A stretch of DNA of 64,000 nt from Methanomassiliicoccaceae archaeon (GTDB taxonomy: Archaea; Thermoplasmatota; Thermoplasmata; Methanomassiliicoccales; Methanomassiliicoccaceae), in assembly GCA_040776945.1 (NCBI GenBank), contig JAXGZN010000001.1:32001-96000 (forward strand). The letters are read 5' to 3'. The notes beneath the pieces are model-generated. The model was given only the letters and a program-made list of their open reading frames with translations, was not told where the DNA came from and did not search any database. The position numbers were made by a program, and so were the translations under genes. Shown here piece by piece: positions 51,910-61,796 of the stretch (positions are counted from its first letter, which is position 1; each line of letters begins with the position of its first letter).

Positions 51910-52527
51910 CTAGTAAACGAAAGGGATGAACATCTTCGTCCTTTTCCTATAGTCGGCGTATTCCTTTCCGAACTCAACCTCCATGTCCCTCTCCTCTCTC
52001 TTGGCCAGACGGATGTAGAGGATCACCAGGAGGACATATAGGATTATCAGCGGCAGAGTGGCCCAGCCCACCATCATTCCCAGGGTTATCAGGAAGAACC
52101 CGGTGTACTGAGGGTGCCTGATCAGGCCGTAGACCCCTGAGGTCACAAGCCTTCCCTCGCCCGCCTCCTTGCTCCAATAGTTCTTGTGAATCGTTCTCCA
52201 TCCGGAGACCACTAGGGCCGCGCCGATAAGTGACATTGCGGCACCGATCCAGCTTCCGGCATCGCCTATATACTGTTGCAGGGTGTGTCCCCAGAGAATG
52301 CCCTCCGGCAACTGGGTTCCGAACGCCCATCCTATGGCATACATGCTGAACGGTACCCCGAACATCTCAATGGCGAATGCCACCACGAACGCCAAGAAGG
52401 TGCCTGCCGGCTTCAATTGGCTTTTCCTGTAGAATGGGACGAAGAGGATGAACACGCCATAGATGACGATCCATACCGCTACCGCGCCCCACATACCGAA
52501 ATGAGACCATACGTCCTCTTCTAACAT
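51910..52527 (-). CDS. Isoprenylcysteine carboxyl methyltransferase (ICMT/PEMT)-family membrane protein
   Basis: LVTSGVYGLIRHPQY, REE...FG.EY..Y..RT..FIP. Confidence 0.92.
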   Translation of the reverse strand: MLEEDVWSHFGMWGAVAVWIVIYGVFILFVPFYRKSQLKPAGTFLAFVVAFAIEMFGVPFSMYAIGWAFGTQLPEGILWGHTLQQYIGDAGSWIGAAMSLIGAALVVSGWRTIHKNYWSKEAGEGRLVTSGVYGLIRHPQYTGFFLITLGMMVGWATLPLIILYVLLVILYIRLAKREERDMEVEFGKEYADYRKRTKMFIPFVY

Positions 52528-52899
52528 TTTCAAGACCTCTTTTTTTCACATGTTCGATCATGGTCCGACGAGCCCTTGGGGCACGCCGGGTTTATGATTG
52601 AGGACACCATCTTAAGCTCTCGTTAGGAGATTGGTTTAAGAAAGGGCGCCAATGGACCTTGGGATGGCCCTTTCTTTTCGCCATCGTCTTCAAAAAGGGC
52701 CGTTTGAAGACCGGCGCGGCGGTCTGGAACGTCATCCCCTTATCATTGAGGCAGGGCGAACGCTCGAACGGCCGAACGAAAGTGCATGCTCCCCTTGCTT
52801 GCGCTCAACGCGCTCCCCCCTCCCTTGGCCATTATCTAGGGTGCACCCTCCATCTTGCTGTGCAATGGCAAGAATAAAGGTCTTGGTCCGGCACGGACG

Positions 52900-53934
52900 C
52901 TATGCCTGTTTGGAGCGCCTCAAGGTCCCCGCCTCAGGCCTTGAGGAGCTCTCCTTCGATCGGGTCCCTCCAGGCACTTCATTGCGACCGCCTCTCCTTT
53001 TGATCTGTTCGACCCTCTCCGCGAGCAGATCGTCCCGCCAAGTATCGAAATATTTCTGGTAGAGGGCCGTATCGAAGGACACCTTGGCCACTCCTTCGAT
53101 CTCCCGTACCTGGAAGAGCAGACCTTTTAGCTCCATCAGTGTCTGGGTGAACAGGACGAACATGACAAGGTCTGGAGAGTTTGAGAAGGTCAGATCTTCG
53201 TCCACGAAATCACCGCCCAGCCTGCGCACCTGTTCAACGATGTCGGCCCTCTCGGCGCCAGGAGAGAGACGGACCTGAAGGATTATCTGAAGGTCCTCGT
53301 CGAGATTCGGAACGGCCATGACATGCAGGTCGATCGATCCTCTGTCCATCATGCGGGCCAGTCGACGGCCTACCGTCTTCGACGACACTCCGATCTCCTC
53401 GGCGACATCCGAGATGGGCCTCCGTGCGTCCTTATGGAGCGCCCAGATGATCTTCATGTCGAGGTCCGTGAGATCGGCCAACTGGGGTCTCTCCTTAGAT
53501 CTGACCAACCTTGTGCAGCTGATGTCAGAGCCTTGATTGACCAGCAGAACCTCGGGATCGGGGATCTTGCCCTCGTTCCTGATGAACGACACGACATTGT
53601 CCAGATCGGATATGTCACGCAGGAAGGCCGCGATGACCAGGTTGTTCTGGTTTCCGCATATCACGGTCATGATCGAGTCGTTCTTTCCCAGCTCATCGAC
53701 GAGATCTGGGGCGAAGTCGGCGCCCGACCTGCCCTGGACCACCGCCATGGATCCGCCAAGGGCCTGCAGTCCGATATGGGCAGTATATCCCAGAATGCGC
53801 CCGGTCCCCTCCAGAGATGCGATCCGTTTCTGGACAGAAGGGATCGAGATCCCGAGCTTCTCTGATATCTCCCTGCAGGTGATCCTGACATCCCTCTCCA
53901 ATATGCGAAGCAATCTTCTGTCTAATGAGTCCAA
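52900..53934 (-). CDS. Tandem-duplicated Lrp/AsnC regulator (two HTH-RAM modules)
   Basis: LDRRLLRILERDVR...LGIS..SVQKRI and LDMKIIWALHKDARRPISDVAEEIGVS..TV.RRL; TTG start. Confidence 0.88.
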   Translation of the reverse strand: MDSLDRRLLRILERDVRITCREISEKLGISIPSVQKRIASLEGTGRILGYTAHIGLQALGGSMAVVQGRSGADFAPDLVDELGKNDSIMTVICGNQNNLVIAAFLRDISDLDNVVSFIRNEGKIPDPEVLLVNQGSDISCTRLVRSKERPQLADLTDLDMKIIWALHKDARRPISDVAEEIGVSSKTVGRRLARMMDRGSIDLHVMAVPNLDEDLQIILQVRLSPGAERADIVEQVRRLGGDFVDEDLTFSNSPDLVMFVLFTQTLMELKGLLFQVREIEGVAKVSFDTALYQKYFDTWRDDLLAERVEQIKRRGGRNEVPGGTRSKESSSRPEAGTLRRSKQA

Positions 53935-54366
53935 AACATCACCCGCAGCAAGCCAATATGATGCCCTACATGACGATCACGTTTAATTATGGTGCGATGG
54001 ATGTCATATCCCATTGCATAGGCGCCTCTCCCTGGCGGCCTGCTGGAAGCCTCCGTCCCAGGCCGCACCGAGGTCGGGCCATGAGGCGCTTTTTTGATCA
54101 TGCTCCCATTGAAAATGCTTTTTTCAATCTGAAAGAGCGGCCCGCGATCGTCCTTTCCCGTGCGCGTCCGGGCCCCTATCGTCCGGCGGCGTTATGGACC
54201 GCATGCGCCGTCGATGGTATCATGCCCGGGTATGGTTCCCTGTCACTGGAAGCAAAGAGCATGGTTCCGTTCATTGCCCTCACGGCCCCATGCTCCCGCG
54301 CTTATATCGGAGGTCTGTCGCGGAGCCCTCCGGTCCCGGTCACTCTGCCGTTCCGTCTCGGCCCGA

Positions 54367-54400
54367 GGCGGTCTTCGGGAGAATGGGCCGAAAGACCGCC
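54367..54400. terminator. GC-rich hairpin downstream of the HExxH gene
   Basis: GGCGGTCTTCGG ... CCGAAAGACCGCC inverted repeat. Confidence 0.4.
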
Positions 54401-54451
54401 GCCGTCCGGGTTCTGAGGCCGTACCGCTCAGGTCCTCGCAAGCCTTACCTA

Positions 54452-54979
54452 TCAGCATATATAACTGGCGCAGGACCGGTCGAAGCCTTTAACCAGTTCC
54501 ATGTTGAGGTCCTCGGGGGGTTCGGTGGGCACCGCGTAGGTTATCTGGGGGAAGAACTGCGAAATGTCCGTGGCCATTTTGGTAGCCAGGTGTTCCTTGC
54601 CGAACAGTCTTTCGCTGATCTCCAATGTCCGCTTCCTGGTCAGAGCCTCGTCCATATACCCGACTGTGTGTATGTACTCATGGAGCAGGATATGGAAGCA
54701 GTACGCCTTGTAGAGCTCTGGCCGCTCTCTCAGGATCTTGTTCATGGGTCCCTTGTTCATGACGATTATGTTCGTCGCGACGGGATAGAAGCCGCCTATC
54801 CACGAATCGGGGCGGCCGCCCAGTTCGGCTATGCCGAGCATAAGGCCGCCGCGGGACAGACCGAGCTGGGCGCTCACGGCATCCTTGACGATCTCGAAAA
54901 TGTCCGCCAGGTCCTTGGCCCTTTCCAGCCTGGCCGGATAATTTGAACTGGTAGTTGTTAACTGGTCGTTCACGACCAT
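54452..54979 (-). CDS. Small zincin-like HExxH protein
   Basis: IGGFYP...IVMN, ILLHEYIHTVGY.DE. Confidence 0.8.
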   Translation of the reverse strand: MVVNDQLTTTSSNYPARLERAKDLADIFEIVKDAVSAQLGLSRGGLMLGIAELGGRPDSWIGGFYPVATNIIVMNKGPMNKILRERPELYKAYCFHILLHEYIHTVGYMDEALTRKRTLEISERLFGKEHLATKMATDISQFFPQITYAVPTEPPEDLNMELVKGFDRSCASYIC

Positions 54980-55059
54980 TTCTACATCGGCCCGCTACAT
55001 AAACGTTGCTCTTCTTCGCACCGAGATATCGTTATCTATCCGGAACCCATAGCGGTGGC

Positions 55060-55980
55060 GTGCGTAAGAACCTGCCCTTTCTGGCCATGGCGGGCATCTT
55101 CATTATAGTGCAGGTCTCCGCCGTCCTTCTGGCGCCGCTGTACATGCCGGAGCTGACGGCCTTTCCGGACCCCAGCTCTCCTGCCAATCCGTTCATCTAT
55201 GTCCTAATGGTGCTCATCCTCACCGCCATCATACTCATCCTTATCAAGTACGGAAGGCAGCGCATCGTGCAGGGGATCTTCTACGTCAGCATCTTCATCA
55301 CCATGCTGTACGTATTCCTGCCCGTCCTGTTCCAGGTGGACAGCGGGGGCTGGATCGCTTTGATCGCCTCGATAGGCCTGGCCGGAGGGCTCCTTTACCT
55401 TCTGGCAAAGAGCGGCGAGTGGTACATCATCGACGCCATTGGCCTTGTGGTGGGCATTGGCGTCACCGCCATCCTGGGGATGTCGCTGACGGTGCTGCCG
55501 GTGATCATCCTGCTCATCATAATGGCTGTGTACGACGCCATATCTGTTTACAAGACCAAGCATATGATAGCCCTTGCCGAGGGTGTCGCCCCCCTACGCC
55601 TGCCGGTCCTTTTTGTGGTGCCGAAGGAAAAGGGCTTCACCATGGAGAAGGTTGAGAAGCACGGGGTGCTCGTGAAAGAGGGGAAGGAGAGAGAGGCGTT
55701 CTTCATGGGAGTAGGGGACGCGGTGATACCTGGCCTGCTGGTGGTTTCCGCATCGATCTACCTGCCGGAGGCGGCGGCCCCGTTGATGACCGCGAACCTG
55801 TGGGCGGCGGCCGGCGCTCTCATCGGAGGACTCCTGGGATATGTCGTGCTGTTCAACCTGGTCGCGAAGGGGAACCCTCAAGCAGGCCTGCCGTTCCTCA
55901 ACAGCGGAGCGATACTGGGATATCTGGCCGCCTATGGGCTGGCCTACGGGTCCTTTGGCCTGGACATGCTGGGCCTGTGA
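55060..55980 (+). CDS. Presenilin-like GxGD intramembrane aspartyl protease (PSH)
   Basis: VYDAISVYKTKHM (YD), MGVGD (GxGD), QAGLPFLN (AGL/PAL motif). Confidence 0.95.
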   Translation: MRKNLPFLAMAGIFIIVQVSAVLLAPLYMPELTAFPDPSSPANPFIYVLMVLILTAIILILIKYGRQRIVQGIFYVSIFITMLYVFLPVLFQVDSGGWIALIASIGLAGGLLYLLAKSGEWYIIDAIGLVVGIGVTAILGMSLTVLPVIILLIIMAVYDAISVYKTKHMIALAEGVAPLRLPVLFVVPKEKGFTMEKVEKHGVLVKEGKEREAFFMGVGDAVIPGLLVVSASIYLPEAAAPLMTANLWAAAGALIGGLLGYVVLFNLVAKGNPQAGLPFLNSGAILGYLAAYGLAYGSFGLDMLGL

Positions 55981-56020
55981 AGGGTTTTTCAACCGGGAAC
56001 CTCATGGAGGAGCGATCGCG

Positions 56021-56668
56021 ATGAGGTTTCTGGTACTTTCGGACATCCACGGCCGGGAAAAGGTCTCTGTCTGGGCCAAGCGCTTGGCGGCAGAGCATAA
56101 AGCGGACGCCTACATCATACTGGGAGATATCACTCACTTCGGTCCGGGGTCATGGGCCGGGGAGTTCTTGTCCCATCTGGATCGCCCAGCGTATGCCATA
56201 CCCGGCAACTGCGACCCTCCGGAGCTGGTGTGCGAGGAGATAGAGAGGCACGCTACCTTGCTGCATAAGCGCAAGGTGGAGATCGGGAGCAGCACTTTCG
56301 TGGGACTTGGTGGCTCGAATCCGACCATCTTCGAGACCCCTTTCGAGCTCGAGGAGGAGGATATCGAGTCGGCCCTCCGGCCGCTGATGGGACCGGATGC
56401 GATAATGGTGCTGCATGCGCCGCCCAAGGGCATCAACGACCGGATCCCGACGGGGGCGAATGTGGGCAGTGAGGCCATCCTGCGATTGGTGAAGGAGTTC
56501 CGTCCTCGTGCTGTTCTCTCCGGCCATATACACGAGGCCCGCGGCATCGTGATGGATGGCGGAACCCTGTTCCTCAACCCGGGAGCTGCCAAGGATGGGA
56601 ACGCCGCTCTTCTGGACGTCAATGAGGAGATCAAGGCCGTCCTTCTGGAGGCTTCTGACACGGCCTGA
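56021..56668 (+). CDS. Calcineurin-like metallophosphoesterase
   Basis: SDIHG, GDIT, PGNCD, HAPP, SGHIHE, NPG. Confidence 0.93.
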   Translation: MRFLVLSDIHGREKVSVWAKRLAAEHKADAYIILGDITHFGPGSWAGEFLSHLDRPAYAIPGNCDPPELVCEEIERHATLLHKRKVEIGSSTFVGLGGSNPTIFETPFELEEEDIESALRPLMGPDAIMVLHAPPKGINDRIPTGANVGSEAILRLVKEFRPRAVLSGHIHEARGIVMDGGTLFLNPGAAKDGNAALLDVNEEIKAVLLEASDTA

Positions 56669-56742
56669 GAGACGGCGGCCAGCCGGAGGTTCGGAGAGAG
56701 CGCCGCTCTGAAGGAACAACGATAAATACGGCCGTTCTGTCA

Positions 56743-57345
56743 ATGACCTTCATGTTCTCGTTCCTTATCCCCCGGTCCGAGGTCGTGGATATGTGCTCGA
56801 GCAGCCCCCGGAACGTTCAGCTTGACGTACTTACCGGCCTGCCGGACATCGTCCAGAGCACCGACTACTCCTGCGGCCCGGCCTGTCTCCAGGCGGTGCT
56901 TTCGTACTACGGTGAGGAGATCTGCGAGAAGGAGCTTATGGAACGGATGAGGACCGCTCCTCACAATGGGACCGACCCTGAGGACATCGTGCGGGTCGCC
57001 AGGGAACTTGGCTTCAACGCGGCGATGAGGACGGACCTTGAGATAGGGGATCTCGCCGCATCGGTAAGAATTGGCGCCCCGGTGATCATTGCTGCCCAGG
57101 CCTGGGCTGGGGAGCGCCCGCCCAGCGCCCCGTGGGCGGATGAATGGGAACATGGTCATTACATGGTCGTCATCGGTGTGCACGACGGCCTGGTCTATCT
57201 CGAGGACCCCGCAACGAAAGAGCATATTGGGGTTCTGCCGGTCGAGGAGCTTAACGATCGCTGGCACAACTATATTGGAGAGTCCCATGACCATCCTCAG
57301 GCCGAAAGGGTACGAGGTTTGGGCATATTCATAACCAAGCGCTGA
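56743..57345 (+). CDS. Stand-alone C39-family cysteine peptidase
   Basis: QSTDYSCGPACL, GHYMVV, YLEDP; start may be 56791. Confidence 0.9.
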   Translation: MTFMFSFLIPRSEVVDMCSSSPRNVQLDVLTGLPDIVQSTDYSCGPACLQAVLSYYGEEICEKELMERMRTAPHNGTDPEDIVRVARELGFNAAMRTDLEIGDLAASVRIGAPVIIAAQAWAGERPPSAPWADEWEHGHYMVVIGVHDGLVYLEDPATKEHIGVLPVEELNDRWHNYIGESHDHPQAERVRGLGIFITKR

Positions 57346-57442
57346 CCTCTCATTGGGCAGATCTGGACGTTGAGCGTCGCATCTAGGGCGCCAGAGAACA
57401 AAACCTTTTATATGACCTTTATTTTAGTGGCAGAGGATTAGA

Positions 57443-57826
57443 ATGGCATTATGGCAGGGCAGATCGAAGCGGAAGCCGACCGGTGGCCGCTTGGTGCAGA
57501 ACAGAAAGAAGAGGCGCTACGAGATCGGGCGCGAGCCCCTACTGACCAACCTCGGCGAGGAGAGCCTCAGGCAGTACCGCACCATGGGTGGCAACACCAA
57601 GGTCAAGATGCTTAGCGCCGCCTATGCCAACGTCGTGGACCCCAAGACGAACCAGGTCAAGAGGGTCAAGATAACCAGAGTAACGGTGAACCCGGCCAAT
57701 CCGAACTATGTTCAGCGCAATATCGTGAACCGCGGAGCCACCATCCAGACCGATCTGGGGCCTGCCCGCATCACCTCTCGGCCCGGACAGGACGGCACCG
57801 TCAACGCAGTCCTTCTCACCGAGTGA
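57443..57826 (+). CDS. rps8e: 30S ribosomal protein S8e
   Basis: WQGRSKRKPTGG, GGNTK, TSRPGQDG.VNA. Confidence 0.99.
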   Translation: MALWQGRSKRKPTGGRLVQNRKKRRYEIGREPLLTNLGEESLRQYRTMGGNTKVKMLSAAYANVVDPKTNQVKRVKITRVTVNPANPNYVQRNIVNRGATIQTDLGPARITSRPGQDGTVNAVLLTE

Positions 57827-57863
57827 GGCCAAACCATTTATCCCTCTTGAGGAATGACCGACC

Positions 57864-58163
57864 ATGGTCTTCGACGCGGACAAGGCGTGGGTCCTATGGC
57901 CGGAGTATTTTGATAGCTCTCGCACAAGAGCTGAGGGGCGCAGGGTGGCCAAGCATCTGGCGATACCGGAACCTCAGATGTCGATGATCATCAAGGCGGT
58001 AGAGAAGCTGGGCCTTGAATGGAAGCTCGAAGAGGGCAAGGCCTACCCTGGAGCGTGGTGGAACAAGCAGGGCCTCTTGCTTGTTGAGAACAACATGCCC
58101 AAGACCAAACTGCTGCCCAAGGTCGCCGAGGCTCTGCGCAAGATGCCAAGACCACAGGCCTAA
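57864..58163 (+). CDS. srp19: Signal recognition particle protein SRP19
   Basis: LWPEYFDS.RTRAEGRRV, K.YP..WW. Confidence 0.95.
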   Translation: MVFDADKAWVLWPEYFDSSRTRAEGRRVAKHLAIPEPQMSMIIKAVEKLGLEWKLEEGKAYPGAWWNKQGLLLVENNMPKTKLLPKVAEALRKMPRPQA

Positions 58164-58220
58164 GGGCGAGCAGAGAGGCTTGTACCATATCCTTGACCGT
58201 ATTCTCTCAATGAGGCCAGG

Positions 58221-58511
58221 TCAGCGGTCCTGAAGGGTCTCTACTTCCTCTACCAGCCGCTTTCCTGCGGAAACACTGTCCACAGAGTGGATGACCGCTC
58301 CCGCCTCGGTTATCGAGGCTTCAACGTCATAGAAGACGATGGAGTTGCCCTCGATCGTGATCTTCACGGTCTCGGTGTCCTGGTCCACCTCGACGATGGT
58401 TATGTTCACTCCCGAAATGCCCTGCAGAACGCTTAGGCGCTGAGATAGCTCCACGATCCCGGGATGATGCGGCTTGAGAACGTCCAAAACTACCCGCTTG
58501 ATATCGCTCAC
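58221..58511 (-). CDS. DUF211 family protein
   Basis: [22 protein letters not shown]. Confidence 0.9.
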   Translation of the reverse strand: MSDIKRVVLDVLKPHHPGIVELSQRLSVLQGISGVNITIVEVDQDTETVKITIEGNSIVFYDVEASITEAGAVIHSVDSVSAGKRLVEEVETLQDR

Positions 58512-58668
58512 TTACTGTTCACTTATCCGGATTTTTGAATGATATTCCAGTATTAAATGGTAGCCCCTTCATGAGGCCAGCGCCTTGAGGGAGGGAAGTA
58601 TGTCGCCAAAGCTCCGCAAGAGGCGGCCAAGGCCAAATTTTAACTGCCTTTGCATCATACTCCGTTTT

Positions 58669-60102
58669 ATGCTCCCCTTTCTTGAGGTGCGGGTGCTGGA
58701 TATCAATTCCGAGCGGTTCGGAGTGCCAATAGATGCGCTCATGGAGAACGCTGGCGAGGCCGTGGCCGAGGTCATTGCCAATGAGGTTGGTACTGGCAAG
58801 AGGATCGCTGTCGTATGCGGGGTCGGCAATAACGCCGGCGATGGGTTCGTAGCGGCCCGCAATCTCATGCGGCACAACGACGTGACCGTTCTGCTGGCAA
58901 ATCCTCCGGGAGATATACGGACCGATGCAGCGAGGCGAGCGTTCGAGAGGGTGAAGCACATATCGTCATCCTCCGTGGGTGTGAACTTCTCACGGTTCGA
59001 CATCGTAGTGGATGCTCTTTTGGGCACCGGGACGACCAAGGACGTGCGTGAGCCGTATCGATCCCTGATAGGCCGGATCAATGATTCGGGCACCCTGGTG
59101 GTGGCCGTTGACGTGCCCTCGGGACTGGGGACGGACATCCAGATCAAGGCCGACATCACGGTCACCTTTACCGATGTTAAGGAGGGCATGACCGTTGATA
59201 ATTCCGGCCGCGTCGTGGTCAAGGACATCGGGGTCCCGGCCGATGCCAAGAAGTTCGTTGGTCCAGGAGAATATGTCTATTATCCAGTAAGAGAGAGGGA
59301 TTCCCATAAGGGAGAGAATGGCAAGCTGCTCATAGTTGGAGGGGGTCCGTTCACCGGTGCCCCCGCCCTTGCCGGCCTAGCGGCATACCGCATGGGAGTG
59401 GACCTTGTGAACATCGCCACCCCGTGGATGTCCTATGGACCGATTGCCTCTTTCTCTCCGAACCTTATCGTGCATCGCCTTGCAGGAGACGTGCTGGGGC
59501 CAGAGGACGTCCCGGCCGTCCTGAAGCTAATGGAGAACGCCGACGCCCTCCTGATCGGCCCCGGCCTGGGCATCGAGGAAAGGACGCAGGCCGCGGTCAG
59601 AGAGATAGTCAGCGCGTGCCAGCTCCCGCTGGTGGTCGATGCTGACGGCATCACTGCCGTCTCGGCTGACCTCTCGGTCCTGAAGGGCAAGAGATGCGTC
59701 ATCACGCCCCATTCCCGAGAGTACCGTTCATTGACCGGTAAGGACCTTCCCAAGGACATCGACGCCCGAATGGCAGACGTTGCCGCCAGTTCCCGTGAAC
59801 TGGGCGTGGTACTGTTGGTCAAAGGGATGATCGATGTGGTCTCCGACGGCTTTTGGACCAAGCTAAATCAGACCGGCAACCCCGGGATGAGCGTCGGGGG
59901 CACCGGGGACACTCTCGCCGGGGAGGTCGCCGCCCTAATGTCCAAGAACGTGACGCCGTTCAATGCCGCGCGCATAGCGGCGTTCTCCAACGGCGCCGCG
60001 GGAGACCTGGCATTCGACCGCAACGGCTACGGCCTAATGGCCACGGATGTGATCGACAATCTGCCGGAAGTGCTGCGAAGGAGCCTTAAAAAGACCCAAT
60101 GA
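58669..60102 (+). CDS. nnr: Bifunctional NAD(P)HX epimerase/dehydratase (NnrE-NnrD)
   Basis: LMENAG, GNNAGDG, DALLGTG, DVPSG; HKGENG, GPGLG, DADG, TPH..E, GGTGD. Confidence 0.96.
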   Translation: MLPFLEVRVLDINSERFGVPIDALMENAGEAVAEVIANEVGTGKRIAVVCGVGNNAGDGFVAARNLMRHNDVTVLLANPPGDIRTDAARRAFERVKHISSSSVGVNFSRFDIVVDALLGTGTTKDVREPYRSLIGRINDSGTLVVAVDVPSGLGTDIQIKADITVTFTDVKEGMTVDNSGRVVVKDIGVPADAKKFVGPGEYVYYPVRERDSHKGENGKLLIVGGGPFTGAPALAGLAAYRMGVDLVNIATPWMSYGPIASFSPNLIVHRLAGDVLGPEDVPAVLKLMENADALLIGPGLGIEERTQAAVREIVSACQLPLVVDADGITAVSADLSVLKGKRCVITPHSREYRSLTGKDLPKDIDARMADVAASSRELGVVLLVKGMIDVVSDGFWTKLNQTGNPGMSVGGTGDTLAGEVAALMSKNVTPFNAARIAAFSNGAAGDLAFDRNGYGLMATDVIDNLPEVLRRSLKKTQ

Positions 60103-60141
60103 GAACATCCCTCCCGTGGGCTGCAAAAAAGATGGATCGCC

Positions 60142-60819
60142 ATGAAGTTGGCCCTTGTCTCTGATGTTCATGCCAACGTCGTCGCCCTCAGGGCAGTGTT
60201 GGAGAACATGGACCAGCGAGGTGCGGATGTTGTCCTGAGCGCGGGGGATGTGATAGGTTACTATCCGTACCCAGTGGAGACGATCGCCCTGTTCCGAGAA
60301 CGCCGCATCATCTCCATCCAGGGCAACCACGATCGTGCAGTGCTCACTGCTGGAGATATCCACTTCAACCTGGCGGCGGCCAGCGCGATCATGTGGACCG
60401 CTGAGCATATCGATCAGGCCTCTCGAGATTTCTTGAGGGGGCTGCCGCGAAGCCTGCACATCGAACGCGATGGGGTTCGAGTGGCCATATATCATGGTGC
60501 TCCCTTTGATGATGACCACTATGTGTTCGAGGACGAGGTCGACAAAGAGCTGCTGGATTTGGCGAGATGCGACCTTCTGGTTCTGGGGCATACCCATGTG
60601 CCTTATATCCGACGGTATGCTTCGGGAACGATAGTCAATCCCGGCTCGGTAGGACAGCCTCGAGATGGCGACCCTGATGCATGTTACGCTATCTTCGACA
60701 CCGATAGGCGGAGGGCTACCCTTCATAGGGTCGCTTATGACCTTGATGAGGTCATGGAACGAACGCTCAGTGTTGGGCTCCCGCGCTCCCTGGCCGGGCG
60801 GCTTAGGCATGGTCATTGA
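60142..60819 (+). CDS. YfcE/MJ0912-like metallophosphoesterase
   Basis: SDVHAN, GDVIGY, GNHD, GHTH, NPGSVGQPRDG. Confidence 0.93.
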   Translation: MKLALVSDVHANVVALRAVLENMDQRGADVVLSAGDVIGYYPYPVETIALFRERRIISIQGNHDRAVLTAGDIHFNLAAASAIMWTAEHIDQASRDFLRGLPRSLHIERDGVRVAIYHGAPFDDDHYVFEDEVDKELLDLARCDLLVLGHTHVPYIRRYASGTIVNPGSVGQPRDGDPDACYAIFDTDRRRATLHRVAYDLDEVMERTLSVGLPRSLAGRLRHGH

Positions 60820-60870
60820 GCGATAGGGGAGGGCAAACCTTTATCCAACGCCTCTCTTTGTAAAAGGACC

Positions 60871-61668
60871 ATGGCCGACATCCTACCGGTCCCTGATCAT
60901 CTTGCGCTTGAGATAATAGGCGACGAGAGGACCATATGCGTAGGGGACCTGCACATTGGCCTGGAGTCGGAGATGCGGACCAAGGGCATCCATGTGCCCT
61001 CAAGAACGCATCATATGGAAAGGGAACTCGTCGCGCTCAGCGAGGGCAGGGACCGCCTTGTGCTCCTTGGGGACATCAAGAACAAGGTGCCTGGATCCAC
61101 TCATCAGGAATATGCTGAGCTCCCCGGGTTCTTCCGCTCACTGAAGCGACACTTTTCAGCAGTGGACCTGGTGCGGGGGAATCATGACACGAACATCGAG
61201 GAGTTTCTACCGGAAGGGGTGAACGTTTATCCTTCCACGGGGTTCCGCATCGAGGATGTGGGCCTCGCGCACGGACATACGTGGCCGTCCCCCAATGTTA
61301 TGGCCTCCCGGACGCTCATAATCGGCCACAACCATCCCACGATCGCTCTGGAGGATTCATTGGGCAATATCAGCAAGGAGCCCTGCTGGGTTCGTTTCCA
61401 GATATCGGGGGTCTCCATGAAGAGATACATGGAGGTCCCGGAGGAGATCATAATGGTGCCGGCATTCAATCGCGGCCTGGGCGGATCTCCGGTGAACTTG
61501 GAAAGAGGCAGGCTGCTGGGCCCCTTGTTCTCTGAGGGGTCGATCGACGTTAGTCAAGGCAAGGTCTACCTTGCCGACGGCATCTATCTGGGGACCATCG
61601 GCAGCTTGATGGTTAGGAGCACCGCTAGAGTGCGGACGCTCCCTCAACGGTCAAGACCGCACTATTGA
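60871..61668 (+). CDS. ICC-like metallophosphoesterase
   Basis: GDLHIG.E, LGDIK, GNHD, HGH, GHNHP, VPAFN. Confidence 0.9.
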   Translation: MADILPVPDHLALEIIGDERTICVGDLHIGLESEMRTKGIHVPSRTHHMERELVALSEGRDRLVLLGDIKNKVPGSTHQEYAELPGFFRSLKRHFSAVDLVRGNHDTNIEEFLPEGVNVYPSTGFRIEDVGLAHGHTWPSPNVMASRTLIIGHNHPTIALEDSLGNISKEPCWVRFQISGVSMKRYMEVPEEIIMVPAFNRGLGGSPVNLERGRLLGPLFSEGSIDVSQGKVYLADGIYLGTIGSLMVRSTARVRTLPQRSRPHY

Positions 61669-61796
61669 ACGGGCGTTCCATGCAGCGCTGTCGTTCCGAT
61701 AGACGGCATTGTGCGGGCCATCATCACGTCGCCAAGTCCTCAGCGCCAATGCTAAGGGTTGAAATATGAAAAAATAAAAGGGTTGGAGAAAGGCGT

